Part shown: positions 27,261 through 36,999 of the stretch, piece after piece
Numbering within the stretch: the stretch's first letter is position 1
Layout of the letters: each line of letters begins with the position of its first letter
Assembly (NCBI RefSeq): GCF_016433145.1
Contig: NC_058136.1
Coordinates: forward strand, 59,665,716 to 59,729,715
DNA length: 64,000 bases
From: Gracilinanus agilis
Taxonomy: Eukaryota
Direction of reading: 5' to 3'
Notes under the pieces: generated by a model
The model's input: the letters and a program-made list of their open reading frames with translations, nothing else
Databases searched by the model: none
Told to the model about the DNA's origin: nothing
Translations under genes and position numbers: made by a program

Positions 27261-27480
27261 TGTGTAGGTGGAAATTTGATGCCCCTGAGCTGCATTACCC
27301 AGAGTCCTTTTGAGTTGTATCCTCACCTGGCATCCTGCTCGCTTCAGCAGCACATGATACTAAAATTGGAATGATACAGAGAAGATTAGCATGGCCCCTG
27401 CGCAAGGATGCCAGGTGAGGACACAACTCAAAAGGACTCCGGGCAGTGCAGCTCAGGGGCATCAAATTTCCACCTACACA
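27261..27480. repeat. 75-bp inverted repeats (27261-27335 and 27406-27480) flanking the U6 fragment
   Basis: Manual alignment gives 71/75 identity, and all four differences are transitions. Confidence 0.95.
27336..27410 (+). pseudogene. RNU6: 3'-truncated U6 snRNA copy (about U6 nt 2-76)
   Basis: tgctcgcttcagcagcacatgatactaaaattggaatgatacagagaagattagcatggcccctgcgcaaggatg matches vertebrate U6 apart from 2 CpG-type transitions and a 1-nt insertion. It lacks the U6 3' end and upstream PSE/TATA. Confidence 0.95.
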
Positions 27481-28049
27481 TGTGCCAAAGATGGCATGCA
27501 GAACACTCTCTGTGGGCATGTGGCCACCCTCCCCCAGAGTTCATTACTAGAAAGACAGAGGGACTCGGGGTGAGCCACTCCCCTCCCCCTCTCCATGCAC
27601 CTGCGACATTTTTTTCACATCCTCTATCCAGCAGCCCAATGAGAGCACTTTCTCCCTCCTCCATGTTGATTAAGGAGGAATGGTGTGAGACACACTTGGC
27701 ACTTGGTGGGGGGGGGAGCGGCATGGCATGGCACATGGTCTGGGGAGGGAGTGGAGGCAGGCCCCGGCACTCCATCTCTAAAAGTTTCACCATCACTGCT
27801 AAGGTCTAGCCAGACTGCTCTCCCTACTGGTAGTTTCCTGACTGTACAATGTGGTTTTCCCATCTCTGGTTTTTTGTCTATGTTGCTCTTTCCATCAGGA
27901 GTTCCTGAACCTCCTGGGCAGCAAAACTCAATCCTAACCAGATTATAGTAGGCATTCTAGAGTCTGTTAATGACTGGCTGCCCACAGTATGACAGTTAGA
28001 GGCCCTAGAAACCTGACATTCTAGAGTGTTAAAGTACAAAGAGAGATGG

Positions 28050-28916
28050 GGGTTGGGAGTCAGAGGCTGGACATTCAAATCCTGTCTCCTTTTTCACAGT
28101 TCTTGTGATCTGGAGAAAGGCATGGATCCTCCCTTGGGCCTCAGTTTCCCCCTCTGTAAAATGAACCATTTGTGATAGAAAAACTCTGAGATTCCTTCTG
28201 ATCCTAAATCCATAATCCTAGAAAAGCCAGCTGGAAGTGCTTGGCCTTTTGAAAAAGGAATTCAGTGGGTTCTAACAACAGGAAGGAAAACGACCACTCT
28301 CTCAGAAGCAGGTCTAGTCCCTAGGAGAGAGGGCTTTAAGCACAAAAGAATAGGAGCCAGCCACTTAGTAGCTGGCTTTGGTCCACTACCTTTACCCTTC
28401 TGGCTCTGAAAAAGACACCAGCTTCTACTGTTCAGGCATAGGAAAGCACGTCCCCAGGACTTCCCTGCACAGAATTCACCCAGCTAGGCTTTTGTCCAGT
28501 GACCTGGAAAGACCCTGTACCCTCTGCCCTGCAGAGAGCCTCAGGCCCCACCTCAGCTGCCTCCCTTACCTTCCAGGCTCCACGCATGCCCCTTCCCCTT
28601 TGCCCTCACACCCCAGATCCCTAGAAGGAAGTGCCTCTGGACAGGCCGAAACAACACTGTCTCTCTCTTCCTTAGGGATCCCTCATGCTGTAGCTGACTT
28701 CCTTTGCCTGCCTGGCCTCCAGCAGGACAGTCTCTCCCCGCACCAGAGATAAAATCCTATTAAAGCCTCTCCTAACTTGACCCCTTTCTAGCCCCCCGAC
28801 TGCCTTCCACATACTCTGTGGTCCAGAAATCCTTCAGAGCAAAACCTTCACTCCCAGGCTCCAATGGAGTGTTATATGCAAATACTTGGCACACCTTCCT
28901 TCAACTTTTCCTTACA

Positions 28917-28968
<52 letters not shown>

Positions 28969-29870
28969 CACCAAGCACTGTGCTAAGACAGCCCCTTTTC
29001 TCAAGGAACCCCAATTCTGAGAGAGAGAGAGAGAGAGAGGCAGACAGAGACAACCTTTATAGCTTGTGTCAGCTGCCGAGAGCAGAAGGAAATAGGCAGG
29101 GATCCCTGGGGGTAGATGGTACAACATCTTCTTTCTTGGTATTTCCATTGACAAAGCCATATCCCTTTGTGATGGGGAATCACTTGGGTGGGAGAAACAA
29201 AGATTTGGGAGTGAGAGCTTTCTTCAGTGTGTCTTTAGTGGCTCCTGAGAGGATGGGGGACGACAGGTCACCTTTCCTCAGAGTTCCCTCCTCTATAAGC
29301 TGGTAGTGTAGTGTAATGAGGACTCGGGATGCCCAGAAGCTTCCTCTCAGCCATAAATCTGTGATCTTGGCATCTTGCGAGGTTGTCCAGGGGCAGACTT
29401 GGCCTGGATGTCAGAAGACAGGTTCTAATCAGGAGCTCTGCCCCCAAAAAGGGATAGGCTGCCTTAGGAGGTAGCGGCTTCCCCCTTATTTGAGGCCCTT
29501 GAGCAGAATCCGTGTGACCTCTTATAGGAGGAGCTTTCCAGGCAGATCCAGGGTGGACTAGAGGAGATGTCCCCCAGGAACCCTTTGCCACCCCGAGATT
29601 ATGTGATTGTATGACAGCCACATGAGCCCAGTTCAGAAACAAGCCAGGGACATGGCTGGCATTCTTCAGCCTGGCTGCCACGCTGCTTGAGGCAGCTGTC
29701 TGACATGAGGCTTTGTTGGGGCTCTGGGCAGCTAGACTGTGGAACTCTTTGTTTTCAGATGGTTTAGACAGGAGGACAGAAACAGACCTGTGGAATTCAG
29801 TGCCCGCTGGTACCAGCCTCCAGTCAGAGGGGGCTTCCAAGCTCAGGGATTCAGCTTCTGCTGGAGGCAA
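28050..29870 (+). repeat. Paralogous unit D (includes MIR remnant)
   Basis: ttgttttcagatggtttagacaggaggacagaaacagacctgtggaattcag (29750-29800) and ctcagggattcagc are shared with C and A. Confidence 0.75.
28918..29040. repeat. (TG)n and (GA)n microsatellites
   Basis: (TG)n at ~28918-28965 and (GA)n at ~29018-29040. Confidence 0.95.
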
Positions 29871-30149
29871 AATGAATCCCAGGACCTCTTCTAGGTACTA
29901 GTATCCCAGCCCTATGTATGTGCTCTAGAAAATGGTGGCCATCACCCCAAAAGCCAAGGCCTGAAGCTTCCCGGGTGCACCGCAGCAGCCCAGAGGAGGT
30001 GACCGATGGGAGGATGACAGTTAGTGTCCCGGGAAGCCAGGAATTCTAGGATGTGGGGGTCATGGTAGAGTACGAAGGGGGCTGGGGGAGCATATTTCTT
30101 TATTTGTTTGTTGGTTTACAACGAAACGACCCAATTGTTTTTTATTGCC

Positions 30150-30345
30150 AGCGGATCTCTCGTTTAAATATTTCTTTCTTTTTAAAATTAATTAGTTACT
30201 TGTGACTATTTTTCCATGGTTCCATGATTCATGTTCTCTCCCTCCCTACTTCCCTCCCCAACAAAGCCTCGTGTCAGACAGCTGCCTCAAGCAGCTGGCA
30301 GCCAATTCCACTGGGTTCTACATGTATTATTTGGGGGAGCACATT
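30150..30345 (-). mobile_element. L1 3'UTR fragment
   Basis: tttttccatggttccatgattcatgttctctccctccc...aattccactgggttt is the reverse of the L1 end seen at ~22700-23300. Confidence 0.75.
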
Positions 30346-33300
30346 TAAACCCTACTTCTGGCCTGTGCGGCCTATTTTGCCTTAGGCACACAAGTTTGGG
30401 TCTTCTTCTGTTTGGGTCTCAGTTTCTTCCTTTATAAAAGAAGACATTGAACCTTGTTGGGTTTCCAGTTCTAAATCTACAGTCTTGGGCAATCTGGGAA
30501 GTATTTGTCTTCTTATAAAGACACTTTCATCTGTAACACTTAGGGAGAACATGAACACAACCAGAAAGCGATAAATTGATGGGAGCCAGCCACTGAGCAG
30601 CCAAGCCAAGGGGCATAGCCTTCCACTTGGGGGGGTTCAAAAAGACGAGTAGCAACCCAGTTGCAGGACGGATAGCTTGATTGTCTTGGGTTTCCCTTTA
30701 TAGACTTTCAGCTGGCTGGGTTTATCACAGGACACCAAGGGTCCCTGGGTGGAGCCCATATCTTAAACCTCCCACCCAGCTGAAAGCCTCAGGTTGTTCT
30801 TGACCAACTCTCTGTGCCTTTCTCCTGGCAGACTGTTACAGCTCCCGATTGCAAAGCAGGATTCTCTCTCTCTCTCTTTTGGCCCTCTCTTACCCCAAAC
30901 CTATTCTCTTTTTCTGTGCTTGTCTGTTTCTCAGGAATGTCGGGACCAGGCCCAGTGGGCTGCGGCCTGCGACTACTAGAAGCCCTAACCCTTGTGGCTC
31001 ACTAGGAGATTGCCTCTGGGAAATAGTCGTCCCAGTCTGGGCTTCAAGGGTCTCCCTTTGACCTGGAAGCCTCCCTTCATGGGTCTCTGAGCACTTGTAT
31101 ACTCCACACGGCCATCGCCCGTGCCCCAGAACACATGCCCCTTGAGAGCCAGCGTCGTCGTCTGTGCTTCCCTAGCTCCCAGAGGGGTGCCTGGTCTGGC
31201 TAAGGCCCCCAATAAAAGCATGTCTGCTGGTGGATCGCTTCAGTCTGACACACCTGCTAGGGCCCATCCCTTCCTGGTTAGTGCCCCCAGGACAAGTGGG
31301 GAGCCCAGAGGAGGGAAGGGCCTACATAACCGGGCTCCTTAACCTGGAGCTGGGGAACTGGTTTGAACATGGGGCTGATGGCTGGTTTTCAGCATCATTG
31401 GTTGCCTTTGTAATCCACTGTGTTTGATGTATTACAAAACGTGATTCAGAGAAGGGGGTCACAGACTCCACCAAGCTCCTGCCCAAGGGGGCGAGAAGGG
31501 AACAAGGTGGGAAAGGCCTCCCGGGGTATGAATTTGGGCCTGTGGGAGGCAATGGCCCTAGGAAAGAAAGAGAGAACATGGAGACAGGTGGGGGCCTGGG
31601 GGCTGCTTCTGGGGTGGGGCTGGGAATCACTGAGGCCACTTTCTGTGGACTGCTCTCAGAGACATTGCCTTGGACAGAAAGAGTTCCCGGGAGCGACCGA
31701 GCCCCGTGGGAAGAGGGAAGGATAACAGATCTGGGATGGTTTCTCGACATGGGAAGGAAAAAATGGAGACATTTGAATGTGGGCTGAACATTGATTTAGA
31801 AATGTGCCTTCCCTTGGCTAGGAGGAGATGCCAGGGCTCCGAGAGCTTTCCTAGGCTCCTTTGAATGGAGGGGCCTAGGAAGCTCTCAGCAGGGACTAGC
31901 CCTCCTCACTGGCTCAACCTTGCCATGTTTTTTGATGATGACAACAACAACAACAATAGTAGAAAATAATAAATGCTCTCCATCAAAATCAATAATAATA
32001 AAAGTCTTCTCCATCTGTAGCGGCTGAGCTCTGTGACCTCATCAGGGTTCATTTGAAAGCCAACCACTCAAGGCAGCCAGAATGTTGAGGCCAACTCCCC
32101 TGCCTTGTGAGGTCACGAATCGCCGAGGAAACAAATGATGCCAGTCAGTTAAATTCCAGCCTGGGCTGACTGCTGAGGCATTCGGGGAGTATGGAGAGCT
32201 AAAGAAGGAAGCAACATCTCCTCAGTCTGGCAGGGTCATCTCATCGCCAAATCACCACTCACACCGAAAAGAAAAATTGTTCTCCAATCTGAAGCACTGT
32301 ACCACTCTGCTACTGCAAAGGTACAAAAGGCTCCCTTGAGCTGGTTTTTTCCCCCCTCTGTCAAGTTGCCCTTGGGGGGAGCAGTGCCCCATCTTAGTCA
32401 TTCTGTCTAGAAAGGGGGTTTCTCTTATTTCCACGGAAACTGGATCCAAAGTTCCTCACCCACCCCACTTTGACTTGTTCTAGTGAGCCCAGGGAGGGGC
32501 AAAGGAATTCAGATGTGGGAGAGGTGGCAGCTCACGTGGGGCTGACCCAGAAGGGAAAGAGTCGAATTCCTTTGAGGGAGCCCTTTGAGAAGATTGGTCA
32601 TTTTCCACGCGTCTCCTTATCCTCCCCCCAAACTGTTTAGTAGGGTAGGTAGCCGGGATTCAAATGGCTCTGAACTGGTGGCTCCGCTCGAGGTACCTCT
32701 GAGGGAGACAGAACCAAAGTAGTGGCTAAAAAGACTCTCTCAGAACCGGTCCAGAGCCCTGAAATTTGGTCTCTGCTCCTCCCCCAGAAGGGAGTGTGGG
32801 GAACAGTCTGGCCATTACCTGTTCTGTCTCCCTGTACAAAGTAACTCGGAGGGAAGCAGAACCAAAATGAATGGCTGAAAAGGCATCATCGACCTCTTTC
32901 TCTAGAGAACAGCCTACTAGAGCCCAGAAACTGGGCACCCACGGAGTGCGGGGAGCAGTTCAGCCATTCACTTTGCCTCTGGCTCCCTGTACAGTTGAAC
33001 AGCCAAAATCAATGGCTCCACAGAGTGGAGGAGTAAGGAAAACAACCAAAAAGAAAAGCCGTGTGTCTTGTCTTGGGGCTGATCACCAAAGCAGGCCCCA
33101 AATTCCCTTGATTGGATGAAGAGGTTATTTTAATATTAAAAAAGCAGCCAGAGCTAGGCATGCTGGCCCCACCCAGTTTTGAGCTCATCACAAGTCCATT
33201 GATGAGCGAGGCTGATGACCCCTTGGGGTCTCTGTGATGCAATAGAGGGTGATGACCAGCCTGGGGTAACAAGAGTAGTGAGGGGAGTCCCAGCTAGTCA

Positions 33301-33399
33301 GTTTGATTCAAACCGCCGGACGGGAGGGACATCCAGCTGTAAGGTGCCCAAGAACTCGGCACTGCCCACTACCATCTAAGGGGCCCAGCTTCCTTCCTG

Positions 33400-33899
33400 N
33401 NNNNNNNNNNNNNNNNNNNNNNNNNNNNNNNNNNNNNNNNNNNNNNNNNNNNNNNNNNNNNNNNNNNNNNNNNNNNNNNNNNNNNNNNNNNNNNNNNNNN
33501 NNNNNNNNNNNNNNNNNNNNNNNNNNNNNNNNNNNNNNNNNNNNNNNNNNNNNNNNNNNNNNNNNNNNNNNNNNNNNNNNNNNNNNNNNNNNNNNNNNNN
33601 NNNNNNNNNNNNNNNNNNNNNNNNNNNNNNNNNNNNNNNNNNNNNNNNNNNNNNNNNNNNNNNNNNNNNNNNNNNNNNNNNNNNNNNNNNNNNNNNNNNN
33701 NNNNNNNNNNNNNNNNNNNNNNNNNNNNNNNNNNNNNNNNNNNNNNNNNNNNNNNNNNNNNNNNNNNNNNNNNNNNNNNNNNNNNNNNNNNNNNNNNNNN
33801 NNNNNNNNNNNNNNNNNNNNNNNNNNNNNNNNNNNNNNNNNNNNNNNNNNNNNNNNNNNNNNNNNNNNNNNNNNNNNNNNNNNNNNNNNNNNNNNNNNN
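33400..33899. other. Assembly gap (500 N)
   Basis: Run of N. Confidence 1.
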
Positions 33900-35480
33900 C
33901 AGCTCCCCATCCCTTTTTACCCCAGCTTTCCTTCTGTTTTTCTCTCCATTTTACCTCAGTTTTCCTTCTTTCTCTACATTTTTGCCTCAGCTTTTCTTTT
34001 CCCAACTTTTACCTCAACTCCCTTTTTTGTCTCACTTTTATCTAGCTTTCTTTCTGTTGTTCTCTCCATTTTTACCTCAGCTTGTCTCCCTCCACTTTTA
34101 CCTCAGCTCCCCATCTTTTTTCACCCTACCTTTACCTTAACTTTCCTTTCCATTTTTACCTCAGCTTCTCTTCCCCTCACTTTTACCTCAGTTCCTCACC
34201 TTTTTGAATCCCACTTTTACCCTCAGCTTTCCTTCCATCTTTCCATTTTTGCCTTAGCTTCTTCCCAACCCCCAAAATATATCGATGTGAAAGATGACTC
34301 CAACAGTTCTTTCTCTGGAAGTGGATAGCATTCCCTGTCATAAGTTTCATCCCATTTTTTTAACCTCTACATTTTTCTCAGCTCTCTCTTTTCACCTCAG
34401 TTTTACCTCTGCTTCCCTTTTCACCCTAATTTTACCTCAGCTCCCCTTCTATCTTTCACTCCATTTTCACTTCATTTCCCCTTTTCTCCCCAATTTTACC
34501 TCAGCTCCCCTTTCCTTGATTCTCATTTTTTACCTGAGGTCTCTTTGTTTTCCCCTAATTTTTACCTCATCTCTCCTTCTTTTACTCCATTTTTACCTCA
34601 GCTTCTCTTCCTTCTAGTTTTACCTCAGAGCCCCTTCTTTTCTTATCCCACTTTTACCTCAGTCTCACTTCTATCTTTTCATTGTTTATGTCAGTTTTTC
34701 TTATTCTTTCCACCCTACTTTACCTCATCTTCCTTTTTCTTCACTCCATTTTCTCCTCAACTTCCCTTCTCCATACCCCATTCTTACCTCAGCTCCCATT
34801 TCACCCCACTTTTACCTCAACTTTCCTTCTATCTTTCACCCCATTTTACCTCAGCTCTCCCTTCTTTTTACCTTAACTCACATTTTCACCATATTTTTAC
34901 CTCATTTCCACTTCTTTTCTTTACCATACTTTTATAAAACTCAGTTTCTCTTCACCGCACTCTTACCTCTGCTCTCCTTTGTCTTGTCACCACACTTTTA
35001 TCTCAGCCCCTCTTCCTTCACTCCACTTTTACCTGATCTCTTCTCTTTATTTTACTTCAGTTCCTCTGCTTTTCTTCACTCCATTTTTTCCTGTTTCCCA
35101 TTCTTATTTCACCTTATTTTTATCTCAGCTTCCCTTTTATCTTTCCTCCCAATTTTAACCTCAGCCTTCCATCTTTTTATCTTTCTTTACCTCAGCTCTC
35201 CTTCTCTTCACCTCATTTTTACTTCACCTTGCTCTCTGTACCACATTTTTACCTGATCTCCCTTTCTTTTCTTCACCCTATGTTTACCTCAGTTCCCTTT
35301 TTTCCTCTTTATCCCCCTTTTACCTCAGTTTCTTTTTTCCTCACTCCATTTTAATCTCAACTCTCCTTCTGTTTGCCCTATTTTACCTCAACTCCCCTTC
35401 TTTACACCATTTTAAATTCAGCTCCTTTTTTCTTCTTCCCATTTTAAACCAAGATCACTTTCTTTTTACTTCAGATCCCC
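33900..35480. repeat. Pyrimidine-rich degenerate tandem array, motif TTTTACCTCAGCT every ~25-35 bp
   Basis: About 40 copies by eye. Starts at the gap edge and contains a short L1 3'UTR-like insert at ~34270-34345. Confidence 0.92.
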
Positions 35481-35885
35481 ATTCTCCCTTTGCTCCATTT
35501 TCTATGACTCGATCTGATAAAAAGGAGACAGTTCCTAGATAATATCAGTATGTATTGCTAATGTGAATATTCTTATCCAGTGTCTTCAGAATAATTAAAT
35601 CATCAATCCTGTTTCTGAGGCAGCTGGAAATCTATGCTAGAAAATTTTCCTGGGTTCAGTCTTGAAGACCGTAACTCTGTGTCCACAGGTATGGATTCCT
35701 GGTGTCCAGGGAACATACATTCTTAGGGAAGAGCTGCTGCCTGAGTTCAAGTGACAGACACTAAAAAGACTGATGTCTTTTAGCTCAATGATGACTGTTC
35801 CCAGGGGCCTCCAAAGCTTTTTTTTAAACTGTTTCTCTCTGATCACAACAGGACTGTGGATGAGCAACTGCTGAGTCTGGGGGAG

Positions 35886-36008
35886 ATGCCACTGCCTCGA
35901 AACTCCAAGTGTGCCAACGGGAAGGGGCTCCGATCCAGCAAAACTCAGCCGGTGGAGAATACTAGAGGCGAAATGATAGGTGCTATGGAAAGTCAGGAAG
36001 CAGATAAG
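35886..36008 (+). CDS. CCNB3: CCNB3 coding exon 1 (MPLPRNSK...EADK)
   Basis: Acceptor at 35851|35852, ATG at 35886, phase-0 donor AAG|GTTAGC. Confidence 0.8.
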
Positions 36009-36938
36009 GTTAGCTAGAGCAAGTTGTCTCTCTTACGGATGCTTATTTTACTCTTCTTTCCCTACCCTTGAGTCTATTCACTGGCACCCTTCCCTTTACA
36101 CCCCTAAGTATATCTGTATATGCTTTATTAAAAAACCAAACAGGTTTTATTGATGCTTTTTGCTTTTAACATCAGTCACTTTCTTTTACAAATGTTTTTT
36201 CCAAACTTAAACATCGACAAATATTATTTCACATTGTAAGGAAGGACAGAAATAGAAAATGATATATAAAACCATAAATCTACTGAAATATAGGGCAGCT
36301 AGATGAAACGATGGATGGAACACCACACTTGGAGTCAGGAAGACCTGAGTTCAAATTTGGTGTCAGATACTTCCTAGCTGTGTGACCTTAGGCAAGTTAC
36401 TTTACCCCATTGCCTCTGTTTCCTCATCTATAAAATGAGCTGGAGAAGGAATGGTAAACCACTCTAGTATCTTTGTCACAAAAACCTCAAAAGGGGTCAC
36501 AAAGAGGCAGACATGACTGAAAAGCCACTAAACAACAACATTGACATATAAATGTACAATACATTTAGCATGATAGTTCCAGAATTGTTGTCTGTATCCC
36601 TCTGAACCTCCTTCTCTCTTCTCTGTATTTTTAAATGTTTCATTGACTCAGCTTAGGTGGTTCAGTGGATAGTGTGCTGGACTCAGAGTCAGGAAAACCA
36701 GAATTTAAATCTAGCCCTGGACACTTACTAGCTATATGAGCCTGGGCAAGTCACTTAATATCTGCTTGCTTTACTTTTCTCATCTGTAAAATGTAGATGA
36801 TAATAGCACCTTCCTTTTAGGGTTGTAAGGATCAAATTGTTAAGTGTTTAGCACTATATTATATTCTTAATTTGGCAAACTTTTCACTACCCAGACCCTC
36901 TTTTCCCAAATAAATGCTCTCCTTTGTGTACTACTTGC

Positions 36939-36999
<61 letters not shown>

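Larger units (their letters stand above)
27233..27798 (+). mobile_element. Non-autonomous hAT/Charlie-type DNA transposon (MITE), interrupted by a U6 cassette
   Basis: TIRs cagtgatggcgaacctat and aaagtttcaccatcactg; degenerate TSD ctctaagg / ctaagg. Confidence 0.85.

Noticed and set aside
27336-27410. Functional U6 gene
   Set aside because: 3'-truncated, mutated, lacks PSE/TATA and the T-run terminator, and is embedded in a transposon.
32842-33119. 82-aa ORF (MAEKASS...) or extra CCNB3 5' exon
   Set aside because: Splice-like signals exist, but there is no homology or codon evidence; indistinguishable from chance without RNA data.
17000-33400. AKAP4 exons (expected by human synteny), including the TKATNDAENQPSAP resemblance at ~31360-31420 on -
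   Set aside because: There is no large AKAP4 exon ORF and no DWLxSHxGVCKVD motif; the resemblance is short and low-complexity.
33303-34328. ORFs spanning the N gaps (also 15134-15829)
   Set aside because: Artefacts of translating N runs.
33900-35480. AEVK-repeat protein encoded on -
   Set aside because: Unit spacing is irregular and not a multiple of 3, stops are frequent, and no long ORF appears in the track.
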